A stretch of DNA of 64,000 nucleotides from a virus: positions 1 through 64,000 of the IMG/VR virus record IMGVR_UViG_3300013132_000036; one strand, written 5' to 3'. The position numbers were made by a program, and so were the translations under genes. The notes beneath the pieces are model-generated. The model was given only the letters and a program-made list of their open reading frames with translations, was not told where the DNA came from and searched no databases. Shown here in pieces: positions 20,200 through 28,520 of the stretch. How positions within the stretch are numbered: the stretch's first letter is position 1; each line of letters starts with the position of its first letter.

Positions 20200-20664
20200 T
20201 TAGTATCCCCTCTCTTGTCTGTTGTGATTTTCTGAATTTTTTGACATATAAAGATTAACAATATCTTTACTTGTCATCCCGATAGAAATAGCAAAATTCA
20301 TAAAGAAATGTAATCCGTCGATCCACTCATAGAATAGCTCTAATTTATCTGCTTCACTAAGATCTGATATTCTCATGTCGGAAGTTTTTTTGTTATCCCC
20401 TTTCCAATATTTCCAACCTGCAGATCCGATACCATCATTGATTCCTCCTAGTGCATCAAACATCTCGTTGAGCTCATCACCAAGAGCATGCTTGTTAACC
20501 ATCCAAAAATCTGCTATCTGTTTAATAGACCAATCTTTAAAATCGAACCCATATCTTTCCTGAAGTTCTTTTTGCTTGTTGTAAATTAATCCTAAAGTGT
20601 CTTCCGACCCTGTGTAAAAATCCTCCACAGGAAGATCCGAACATTTGTTATCTGTGTTTGCCAT
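20200..20664 (-). CDS. All-alpha dimeric dUTPase / T4 gp56-like dCTP pyrophosphatase
   Basis: [32 protein letters not shown]. Confidence 0.85.
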   Translation of the reverse strand: MANTDNKCSDLPVEDFYTGSEDTLGLIYNKQKELQERYGFDFKDWSIKQIADFWMVNKHALGDELNEMFDALGGINDGIGSAGWKYWKGDNKKTSDMRISDLSEADKLELFYEWIDGLHFFMNFAISIGMTSKDIVNLYMSKNSENHNRQERGY

Positions 20665-20667
20665 AAT

Positions 20668-22074
20668 TTATGATTTTGCTTTTATTGCTTTTTTAATTTT
20701 TTCTATTTCTTTCTCACATTCAAAATATTTCTTCTTAGTAGCTTTTCTCTGTGCATAAAGGCCTTTTAATATTTCTCTAAGTATTGGTTCTTGTCCATCC
20801 TTATTGTAGAATACAGCACCGGAAGATGTTTTGATTGCGCCCTCCGGTATTTCTTTTAAGTTCTTGCCTATGTAAGCTTCCGGTGAAATTCCCCACTGCA
20901 TCATAGTATTAGGATACAGGGAAGCAAAGTCAAAACAAGCTATCCATTCATATAATCCTTTTTCGGGCTTCTTTACATAAGCCCCCTCGAATTTCACATG
21001 GGATTCTCCTTTTCTTTCGTTTACTATAACTTTTTTTCTTTCTAAGAATTTTCTTAACATTAATACCTCAGTAGTCCATACTGGCGAAAGGGCACGATTT
21101 ATTTCAACTCTACTAACTTCAGCTATTTTAAAGAAAGTGGAAAGTGTATCCAATCTTTTATCTATATAGTGGACTAAAGCGCAGTCTACTGCATTATAGA
21201 ATATAAAAGTTTCAAAATCAGATTCATATAAATCTTTCAATGTTCCACTGTAAGATATTTTCTTTATTCCTATAGCTTGGTTTGCCACATAATCTAAGGA
21301 ATTAGATTCTCTAATTTTTATAACCCTATCCCATTTCTTATAGATGTCTAGGTAATCCACCATTAAAATGTGCATTGGTATCTGATTCATTCCTAAAAGA
21401 ATACCGCTAGGTGAAGCTATCTTAGGGTCAATCCCTAATCTTTTTGCTCTGTTAATAAGATAAGGCCAATCATATCCGAACCAGTTCCATCCAGTTATCA
21501 AAGGCATCTTAGGAACTAGCTTAGAAAGAAAAGTGTAAAGCATATCAAATTCTGTTTCGAATTTTCTATAATTAAAAGACCATTCTCCTGGCTGGTCTTT
21601 AAAGTGTTCCTTTATCCTCTTTTCTATTTTTAATATTCTATCTTGTGAGATGTCCTCAAGTCCGATAACAAGTATTTTCCCGTGGGAAGAAGCCATCCCT
21701 ATCGAAAGAACCCTATTCTTTGAATTTTCAGTATCTAATGAATCTTCACGATTATCAGTTATTTCTACCTCTATATCGACAAAGTATTTTTTAGGGGTCT
21801 GATAATCCCAAAGAGGCTTTGTTATTTCCGGATCTATAGCTTCCAATATTTCTACCACCCTATACTTGTCAAACTTGCTAGTAGTAACTTTCTTCACAGG
21901 AAAATTGTCCCACGATCTCCATTCCTTATCCTTATTTTTATCATTCTCTGATGTCTTTTGCCAAACGAATTTTAAATGCTTAGGTACCTGTATTTTTAAT
22001 AGATTAACTTCTCCCTCTTCAGTATAATGGGAAACAGATAATCCATTTCCTGTATTCTCAATATCTATGATCAT
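20668..22074 (-). CDS. Family B DNA polymerase, N-terminal half (gp43A-like: 3'-5' exonuclease, motif A, first fingers helix)
   Basis: ExoI VDIEV, ExoII GWNWFGYDWPY, SLDYVA, ExoIII YNAVD, GAYV, motif A FDFASLYP; stops shortly after QRKATKK. Confidence 0.92.
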   Translation of the reverse strand: MIIDIENTGNGLSVSHYTEEGEVNLLKIQVPKHLKFVWQKTSENDKNKDKEWRSWDNFPVKKVTTSKFDKYRVVEILEAIDPEITKPLWDYQTPKKYFVDIEVEITDNREDSLDTENSKNRVLSIGMASSHGKILVIGLEDISQDRILKIEKRIKEHFKDQPGEWSFNYRKFETEFDMLYTFLSKLVPKMPLITGWNWFGYDWPYLINRAKRLGIDPKIASPSGILLGMNQIPMHILMVDYLDIYKKWDRVIKIRESNSLDYVANQAIGIKKISYSGTLKDLYESDFETFIFYNAVDCALVHYIDKRLDTLSTFFKIAEVSRVEINRALSPVWTTEVLMLRKFLERKKVIVNERKGESHVKFEGAYVKKPEKGLYEWIACFDFASLYPNTMMQWGISPEAYIGKNLKEIPEGAIKTSSGAVFYNKDGQEPILREILKGLYAQRKATKKKYFECEKEIEKIKKAIKAKS

Positions 22075-22078
22075 ATCT

Positions 22079-22107
22079 ATTTTATAGTGTTATAGGGAAG
22101 AGGTTTC
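22079..22107 (-). promoter_or_regulatory. Putative early/middle promoter GAAACCTC-N15-TAAAAT
   Basis: 29-bp architecture directly upstream of the polymerase N-half. Confidence 0.6.
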
Positions 22108-22126
22108 AAAAAGGAATATATAATAG

Positions 22127-22432
22127 GTGAAAAAAATTCTATCTTTCAAATTATTTGAAGACGTTTATCTAAAAGACATAAATCCTTTTGATGGAGAAAG
22201 AAAATATACTCCTGGCCTCAGATTTGCCAACAGGGACGAAGCTATTAAATCAATTAAAAAGATCCAAGAAATGCTAGATCGTAAAGAAATAGAATTAAAG
22301 GATGCAATTATAGCTTCTTATATAATGTCAAAAAGAGCGGAGTTACATAAATCCCAAAAATCGGGAATCAAAGAGGGAGGACTTGTCTGGAAAGATTATC
22401 TGGAACAGCTTAAAAAGAAAGAATCAATCTAG
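22127..22432 (+). CDS. Hypothetical protein with capsid-targeting-like leader
   Basis: GTG start, KKILSFKLFED; AATATATA at 22115-22122; fills the gap between flanking genes. Confidence 0.7.
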   Translation: MKKILSFKLFEDVYLKDINPFDGERKYTPGLRFANRDEAIKSIKKIQEMLDRKEIELKDAIIASYIMSKRAELHKSQKSGIKEGGLVWKDYLEQLKKKESI

Positions 22433-23014
22433 TTATTTGTTCGATTTAAAGTAGGAAACAAATTTGTTAACTATATCCATAAAATTGTATTCGTCTGTGG
22501 TGACAGGAGTAATTGCCTTAGATTTCTTACTCCAATCATTTAAGTATTTATAGAAAACTTTAAATGAGGGAGATAACTGATCTTTCTCTTCACTCTTATT
22601 AACTTCCTTAATAGATTTAGTGAATCCCATCATAAATCGGTCCACCGCATTCTTATCAATTTTCTCAAGATCGCAGTAATCAAAGAATGAAACTAATATG
22701 TCCCACATATTATCTGGGGTAATATCAGGAAATCCCTTTTTTACCCTATCTGATCCTAGTGCAGTTGTTATTTTGCACTCACAAACGGATTTTTTATCTG
22801 CTGAATTTTCTTTGCCTGAATAAAAATCTATCCTAGCCTCTTCCTTAATGCCCTTTTTATTGTATATGATAGAGAACGTTCCGTTTTTACTAAAAACTAA
22901 ATATCCATTTTCCTCTTTCTTCTCGAATGATGATTCATTGCTTATTATTGCCCAATTAGTTGTTACCATTTGGAGCTTTTCAAAAAGTTGTTGAAATGTA
23001 AATAAATGATTCAT
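22433..23014 (-). CDS. Hypothetical protein with capsid-targeting-like leader
   Basis: MNHLFTFQQLFEK; AATATATA at 23019-23026. Confidence 0.7.
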   Translation of the reverse strand: MNHLFTFQQLFEKLQMVTTNWAIISNESSFEKKEENGYLVFSKNGTFSIIYNKKGIKEEARIDFYSGKENSADKKSVCECKITTALGSDRVKKGFPDITPDNMWDILVSFFDYCDLEKIDKNAVDRFMMGFTKSIKEVNKSEEKDQLSPSFKVFYKYLNDWSKKSKAITPVTTDEYNFMDIVNKFVSYFKSNK

Positions 23015-23027
23015 GTAGTATATATTA

Positions 23028-23411
23028 CTAAATCGATTCTAAATACATTTTAAGTTTCTTGTCTTTAGGAATAAATGATGTTTCTTTTTTTATAAAGATC
23101 CTCCAGGCTTCTCTTCCGTAATCCCCTATCCCCGGAAACTTAAACGGGTCTCTTACTCCAGATTCCCAGGCATTTGAGAAATTTTTTATCCTTTTCGCTT
23201 TTACGTTTTGAAATCCTGTTGTTTTTATAAAATCAGAAATAGTTAAGTCATCCTCAGCTATTAAAGATTTAGGATTTGGCCATTTTTTAAAGAAGTTTTC
23301 TATCAGAGGCCTTACCTGTTTGTTACTAGTTTGATTAAGTAATATACAACACACTAAAACTTTCCACGGATCATTAGAGTATTCTTCCTGTATTATCTTA
23401 ATTCTTTGCAC
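23028..23411 (-). CDS. MBD4-like HhH-GPD DNA glycosylase, minimal domain
   Basis: DPWKVLVCCILLNQT, FFKKWPNP, PGIGDYGREAWRIF, PKDKKL. Confidence 0.8.
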   Translation of the reverse strand: MQRIKIIQEEYSNDPWKVLVCCILLNQTSNKQVRPLIENFFKKWPNPKSLIAEDDLTISDFIKTTGFQNVKAKRIKNFSNAWESGVRDPFKFPGIGDYGREAWRIFIKKETSFIPKDKKLKMYLESI

Positions 23412-23436
23412 ATAGCTAAATTAAGAAAAATAAATA

Positions 23437-23904
23437 TTACTGATTTGATTTTGATGCTTTTTGAAAAGTTTTAAAGTCCATTAAAGAATTACTTATCGGA
23501 TTTGGGGTTTCTTTAGATATCTTTTTCTTCTTTTTTTTAGCTGCTGGAGTACCTACAGTTAAGCTAGGAAATTGATCTCCGGATCCCGTTCTTCCTGGTC
23601 CAGGAGGTACAACGTTACCCATACCAGGTGTTCCAGCCAAAGATGCCATAGCACCTCCGCTCTCTTCAAGTTCACTAGAGATTTTATCTTTAAATACTCT
23701 ATACATTCCCCTTTCTCCCTCTATAACATATCCTATTACTTCACCTACACTGTTCCTAATAGAATCATCAACCCTACCACTTCTCCCGTCTACAAGAGAA
23801 ACTCTCTTACCAACTAAAGGATCCTGATCATATTTAGAAGCCCTGTGTGAATCGTAGCTTCTAATGTTATCTGTGACTCCGCCACATCCGCAATCTTCGC
23901 TCAT
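23437..23904 (-). CDS. Hypothetical protein (SH3-like beta core, Gly/Pro tail)
   Basis: 155-aa ORF in the late operon; C-terminal LMDFKTF motif. Confidence 0.65.
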   Translation of the reverse strand: MSEDCGCGGVTDNIRSYDSHRASKYDQDPLVGKRVSLVDGRSGRVDDSIRNSVGEVIGYVIEGERGMYRVFKDKISSELEESGGAMASLAGTPGMGNVVPPGPGRTGSGDQFPSLTVGTPAAKKKKKKISKETPNPISNSLMDFKTFQKASKSNQ

Positions 23905-23905
23905 A

Positions 23906-24250
23906 TTATTTTTTTATTTTAGTTATAAATTCTCTATAATCTGAAAGATTTTGCATCTTCCTAGCTTTAGATTTTTTCGGTGTATTCGATTCTGGACTAA
24001 GGTGCGGAATAATAGTAGCTATTCCTTCTTCAATCTCTTCTGGTAATTTTTTATGTTTTGTACTAGCATAATCCTTAAGAGCTTTCTTCTTCATATTATT
24101 AGCTATCTCCACTATAGTTTCCCTATATGCTGAATCTATTTTCCTTGGATTTAATCCCTCTTTTCCGTTCGTGTCCATCCACTTACGTACTCCGTGTGCT
24201 TGCCCCATGAGTCTCTGTTGTGTTCTTGAAACAGATTTCTCGTTTAACAT
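23906..24250 (-). CDS. DUF3008-like small basic protein
   Basis: SRTQQRLMGQA...LKDYASTKHKKLP; starts MLNE, ends LSDYREFITK. Confidence 0.65.
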   Translation of the reverse strand: MLNEKSVSRTQQRLMGQAHGVRKWMDTNGKEGLNPRKIDSAYRETIVEIANNMKKKALKDYASTKHKKLPEEIEEGIATIIPHLSPESNTPKKSKARKMQNLSDYREFITKIKK

Positions 24251-25020
24251 AATTTATTTATTATTATTTCCTTAACTTCCTCCGGTCTATTTTCTATTAA
24301 GCTACCATCAAATCTAATAACTTCATACCCCATATCCTTTAGCTTTTTAGTTTGTATTAAGTCTTTTTCTCTCCTCCCTGGTAAATTGTGCCAATAGTCG
24401 CCATCAGCAAATATTAATGTTTTATTTATTTTAAAATCAGCTATAGATATATTTTTTATAACATGCTGTGAATCGTATTTTATACCAAGATCGATTATTA
24501 TTTTCTCGATGATTCTTTCTATATTAGTGGAAGATTTATTTGAGAATTTTACTATCCCGATACAATGACATTTTCTAGAGCAATATATAGCTGGGGATTT
24601 ATAATTTTCAGATCTTTCGAAAAAAGAATCACAAATAACACATTTATGTTGAATCATATTAACCCTGTTTTTACCTTTTAATTCTGAATGTATTCTTTCT
24701 AAAGAACATTTCTTATTACAATATTTTCTTTTAGAATTTTTTCTAACCTCAAAAGTATTATTACAATTTACACAATTTCTTTCTTCCCTAGGTATCCACA
24801 TATGATGTAATTCATTCTTTCTACCTTTTTTTGATTTTGATTCAATATTACTAGAAGAATCTATAAACTTTTTTAAAAACTCAGGGTCCTCCATCCTTTT
24901 TTTACCATTAAATATTCCGTTGCACGATCTAGAACAAAAAATTTTACGTATAATATCCCTTCTATTCCGTATATTTAATATAGAGCTACAATTCTTACAA
25001 TATTTTATATCGTATTTCAT
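24244..25020 (-). mobile_element. Putative homing endonuclease: three Zn-finger (CxxC...CxxxC) repeats plus Vsr/DUF559-like nuclease; likely start ATG 25020
   Basis: FCSRSC, YCNKKC, YCSRKC; TNIER, IADF, ADGDYWH, GYEVIRF; start coupled to the upstream stop (TAATG). Confidence 0.75.
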
Positions 25021-25193
25021 TAAGTTTTTTGGAATTTTGGTTTTTTCTTTATATATTCGTTCCATGTCCAAATAAATCTTCTATAGTTATTCTTAACTAT
25101 ATTAAAACCAGTATCTCCTTTAGGAATCTTTACTGGGGAAACTGGAGGTTCGTATGAACTAGTTTCTGCTGAACTTCTTTTCGTTTTACCCAT
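25020..25193 (-). CDS. 57-aa hypothetical protein (not in ORF track)
   Basis: Own translation MGKTKRSSAETSSYEPPVSPVKIPKGDTGFNIVKNNYRRFIWTWNEYIKKKPKFQKT; A-rich leader; upstream GATATATA. Confidence 0.65.
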   Translation of the reverse strand: MGKTKRSSAETSSYEPPVSPVKIPKGDTGFNIVKNNYRRFIWTWNEYIKKKPKFQKT

Positions 25194-25213
25194 TTCTTTT
25201 ATTTACAATGGGA

Positions 25214-25252
25214 CAAAAAAATCCCGGTAGTATATTATATATCCTACCGGGA
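25214..25252 (-). terminator. Intrinsic terminator after the Hc1/DUF4494 unit; loop contains GATATATA (25236-25243)
   Basis: Minus strand TCCCGGTAG-GATATATAATATA-CTACCGGGA followed by TTTTTTT. Confidence 0.8.
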
Positions 25253-25270
25253 AATTAATAAAGAATTTTC

Positions 25271-25501
25271 TTATCCTCGAATGTGTATCACAGATTCGAT
25301 TTTAGACTGAGCTACAGAAGTAACTTCAAAATCTAAATGTGCAGTTGCATTATCACCAGCTAGATGCTTGTGTACAGTTGTTTCTGCATCAGTTACACTT
25401 TCAGCTTCAACTAAGATCTCAGACTTAGATGCTTTTGCTTTACCGGTACTTTTAGAAACATCTCCAGTAAAAAAGCTAACTTTACAAATATAATAACTCA
25501 T
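25271..25501 (-). CDS. DUF4494-like protein (Bacteroidota-type)
   Basis: YYICKV...EILVEAESVTDAE...FEVTSVAQSKIESVI. Confidence 0.7.
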   Translation of the reverse strand: MSYYICKVSFFTGDVSKSTGKAKASKSEILVEAESVTDAETTVHKHLAGDNATAHLDFEVTSVAQSKIESVIHIRG

Positions 25502-25506
25502 AAAGA

Positions 25507-25686
25507 TTAAGCTTTAGTGTTTTTAGTTTCTTGTACATTAACTCTTAAATCCTGAGCTAATTTCTTAAGCTCTTGACAAGCTGTTCTTACACGTGTACCA
25601 GCAGACTTGTTTCCTTTTACATAGAAAGCTTCCGTGTCTTTTTCCATGCTTGCTACTAATTCCTTGATTTTTTCGTAATTTTCCAT
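25507..25686 (-). CDS. Histone H1-like (Hc1 family, Bacteroidota-type) 59-aa protein (not in ORF track)
   Basis: Own translation MENYEKIKELVASMEKDTEAFYVKGNKSAGTRVRTACQELKKLAQDLRVNVQETKNTKA, with the KGNKSAGTRxR signature. Confidence 0.85.
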   Translation of the reverse strand: MENYEKIKELVASMEKDTEAFYVKGNKSAGTRVRTACQELKKLAQDLRVNVQETKNTKA

Positions 25687-25702
25687 TGTTAAATATTTTA
25701 TT

Positions 25703-25731
25703 ATTCTACTGCAAATCTATTAAAATGTTTC
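25703..25731 (-). promoter_or_regulatory. Putative early/middle promoter GAAACATT-N15-TAGAAT
   Basis: 29-bp architecture upstream of the Hc1-like gene. Confidence 0.65.
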
Positions 25732-25764
25732 ATTTTTTAAAGGATTTGGTAAAAAAAATATAAT

Positions 25765-26076
25765 TTATTCGTTTACGCTGGAAGCTTTTAGGATTCTTTT
25801 ACCTAGAGTAGTTAGAGAGAAATAGTTTGCTTCTTCCTCTTGGACTTTATATCTGATATATTTTTTTTGTCCTCTAACCCAATTCATGGAAGGCTTCCTT
25901 CCTGAAGCATCTTCTGGTACGCTATCTAAGAATTCCGTAAGCTCTCTTTTGGTTACTTTCTCCTTCTCTCCTATAAAGGAAAGAACTTTTATTGTTGTGG
26001 CAGATGGTTTAGCCCAAGCTATTGGAATCCTAGATTCATTTATAAATTCTTTATATGAAAGAATATTACTAATCAT
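25765..26076 (-). CDS. Winged-helix-like protein with capsid-targeting-like leader
   Basis: NILSYKEFINES; C-terminal YFSLTTLGKRIL wing signature. Confidence 0.6.
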   Translation of the reverse strand: MISNILSYKEFINESRIPIAWAKPSATTIKVLSFIGEKEKVTKRELTEFLDSVPEDASGRKPSMNWVRGQKKYIRYKVQEEEANYFSLTTLGKRILKASSVNE

Positions 26077-26605
26077 GATCCCTTCTAGTATAAATTAAAG
26101 TTTCCTCATCAGGTCCTTCTTGAACGCTCCATTTTTCATAGCTCCATTCTCCCATTAATGTTTCTACTCTGTCTTTATACTCTGAAAAATCAATATTTAG
26201 ATTCATAGTAATCTCATCATAGATTTTAGAGACCTTAGGATTATTTTGTAAATAGTCTTTTATTGCTTCACTCAGGATTCGGTAAAATCTCATGAACTCT
26301 GATCTGGTAAGATTGAAATCGTCATCCTCTCTAGATTTGTAATCAGTATCATTTACTAAATAGTCATCAAGTATTCCAATTTTAATTGGCTCCACTGATA
26401 AAACACAATAACTATTTTCTGCTTCATCTATAGAAGATCCCCTGGAAAGTTTACCTATATTAATAATAAATCCTAGATTTTCCTCCTCGCCCTCTATTTT
26501 AAAGTAGTACTTGGAAACCTTCCCGTCTTTCTTTTTAGCAAAGAAGTCTCTTCCGAAACCATCTTCTTCCATTAAAAAATTCTCAAATAATTTTATATGC
26601 TTCAT
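26069..26605 (-). CDS. Hypothetical protein with capsid-targeting-like leader
   Basis: MKHIKLFENFLMEE. Confidence 0.7.
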   Translation of the reverse strand: MKHIKLFENFLMEEDGFGRDFFAKKKDGKVSKYYFKIEGEEENLGFIINIGKLSRGSSIDEAENSYCVLSVEPIKIGILDDYLVNDTDYKSREDDDFNLTRSEFMRFYRILSEAIKDYLQNNPKVSKIYDEITMNLNIDFSEYKDRVETLMGEWSYEKWSVQEGPDEETLIYTRRDHD

Positions 26606-26607
26606 AA

Positions 26608-26880
26608 TTAACTATCTCCTTTTCTTGGAAAAATTGCGGATGTGTTAGGAATATATCCTTTTTTCTTTCTCTTGAATATTTCACCTCTAACAATGTTTCC
26701 ATAGTATTTATCTATAAGGTTCCATCCTTCCTCTAACTCTTGTAAATCTACATCATCTAATTTAGAAAACTCCTCCTTAACTAGATTTATCCTTTCCATA
26801 GCCTCTTCTAAAAGTTTTTTACTATTAGAAAGGTCATACTTATAGGTATGACCCTCTTTTATTTGGCTATATTTTTTCAT
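26608..26880 (-). CDS. Hypothetical protein
   Basis: MKKYSQIKEG short leader; tightly coupled to the AAA gene. Confidence 0.65.
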   Translation of the reverse strand: MKKYSQIKEGHTYKYDLSNSKKLLEEAMERINLVKEEFSKLDDVDLQELEEGWNLIDKYYGNIVRGEIFKRKKKGYIPNTSAIFPRKGDS

Positions 26881-26881
26881 T

Positions 26882-28486
26882 CTAAAATGTTATTCCTAGT
26901 TTAGCTCCCCATTTGTCTGCTAAAGGACCAAGACAAGAGTACATTGCAGGGTCTGTTTGTAATTCTGGGTGTAAATTAAAGAATGTTGCAAGAGCTGCTG
27001 ATCCTTCCTCTTCAAGATCTGTTCTCTCTAACCATTTAGCATAGTTACAAACTTCAGTAGGGGTCAGTTTAATTTCTTTACTTTTTCTAATAACTGCTCC
27101 AAATAAAGCGTGAGTGTAATCCGGTTTATTTCCTTTGTCTGCAGGGATTGGTGCTTTTGCCGGATCAGTATATGGTAAAATAAGTTCTCTAACCGGAATG
27201 TCCTTAGCAACCTTATAAAAATTTAAGAAAGATACAGCAGCATCATTACCTACGTTTTTAGAAAATTCCTTCTTTATAACATCCTCTGGGATATTAGTAA
27301 TTCCTTTTGCTTCTAAATTTCTAATTACTCTTGATAAAGAGTTAGAGGCATCAACCCAAGCCCTAGGGGTAGGGTATTTAGTTTTCTTAGTGGCAGGATC
27401 TAAATTATGGAAGAAGTCAGGCTGGAATTCTAAGAAATCTAAAAGTTCGGGTAAAACAACATTTTTATATCTGCTTCTTTCCACATAAGATCTAAATCCT
27501 TTTATGGTAGGCACGAAGTTAACTGCTTGAAATCTGTCTCTAAGTGCAGTTCCTAATTCTTTAACAGATTTATCATCCTGCTTTCTGTTACCTGCTGCTA
27601 CAATATACCATCTTTCTGGAATATTATAATTGTTTCCAATTCTTCTTGATTGTGCAAGTTTCATAAATATTTTAATAACCTCCTCTGGCATACGATTTAA
27701 CTCATCAATAAATATTATTCCACCTTTACCATTCCTACCATTATCATAAGGAAGAATATCTATGTTGATATTTGATCTTGTTACTCCCGCACCTGCGTAA
27801 TTTCTCTCTGGATCTGGCTCTTTCATAGTTACTACACTAGGTACACCAGCAAAATCAACAGGTTCAGCATTTTCTCCATCTACATTGACTAAAGAAAGCT
27901 TATGCCCATATAATTCTTTTCCTAATTCGTCACAAACCTGTGCTACTATCTGTGTTTTACCAATCCCAGGAGCTCCGTAAATAAAAATAGGCTTAACATC
28001 TAGAATTCCCCTGTACATGTCATCTAATTCGTCTTCAGTTGCCCCGGCTTTCTTAGCAGCATCCATTTCATCAGCAATTCTGAAGATCTCTCTCATGTTT
28101 GTTTTGATGTCCTCCTTTATTTCCGGTTCGGAGTAATTAGGTACGTCGTCTGAAATAGGATATTCAAGGGGAACTGCATCTTCCCATAAAAAACTTTCAC
28201 CAAGGGTCTCTGGTTTTTCAAGATTACCCATGTTATAGTATTCTGTTCCTTTATAGAAATTATTAACCTGACTTAAAATAGATTCACTCTTAGAATCGTC
28301 AAATAAAGCAACCCTCGGGGTTCCTGTTTTAGGGCCAGAAGATATCAATTTAACTAAACCCGACTTAACCGCATTGTATAGGCCTTTTGCCCATGAAGAT
28401 ATTTTCGATCCTAAATTGGATAAAAATCCCTCACTCATATATGATTCATTTACGAATTCATCGAAATTATAAATTCTTTTAGCCAT
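26882..28486 (-). CDS. MoxR-like AAA+ ATPase (paralog 2) with N-terminal capsid-targeting-like leader
   Basis: GAPGIGKT, IIFIDELNR, AAGNR, ALRDRF, PTPRAW; GATATATA at 28509-28516. Confidence 0.9.
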   Translation of the reverse strand: MAKRIYNFDEFVNESYMSEGFLSNLGSKISSWAKGLYNAVKSGLVKLISSGPKTGTPRVALFDDSKSESILSQVNNFYKGTEYYNMGNLEKPETLGESFLWEDAVPLEYPISDDVPNYSEPEIKEDIKTNMREIFRIADEMDAAKKAGATEDELDDMYRGILDVKPIFIYGAPGIGKTQIVAQVCDELGKELYGHKLSLVNVDGENAEPVDFAGVPSVVTMKEPDPERNYAGAGVTRSNINIDILPYDNGRNGKGGIIFIDELNRMPEEVIKIFMKLAQSRRIGNNYNIPERWYIVAAGNRKQDDKSVKELGTALRDRFQAVNFVPTIKGFRSYVERSRYKNVVLPELLDFLEFQPDFFHNLDPATKKTKYPTPRAWVDASNSLSRVIRNLEAKGITNIPEDVIKKEFSKNVGNDAAVSFLNFYKVAKDIPVRELILPYTDPAKAPIPADKGNKPDYTHALFGAVIRKSKEIKLTPTEVCNYAKWLERTDLEEEGSAALATFFNLHPELQTDPAMYSCLGPLADKWGAKLGITF

Positions 28487-28520
28487 TTTTATTCTATTAT
28501 TTACCTTGTATATATCTTTT

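Noticed and set aside
2483-22074. Split intein or intron joining the polymerase halves
   Set aside because: No intein terminal residues or Hint motifs and no non-coding room for intron structure next to either half
16361-23411. Eukaryotic giant-virus origin, suggested by eukaryote-like NrdAB and MBD4
   Set aside because: gp32, gp61, UvsW, tail proteins, peptidoglycan hydrolase and operon-style overlaps indicate a tailed bacteriophage; this NrdAB subtype also occurs in Bacteroidota
25021-25071. TTG start at 25071 for the Zn-finger endonuclease
   Set aside because: Overlaps the 57-aa ORF; ATG 25020 coupled via TAATG is more plausible
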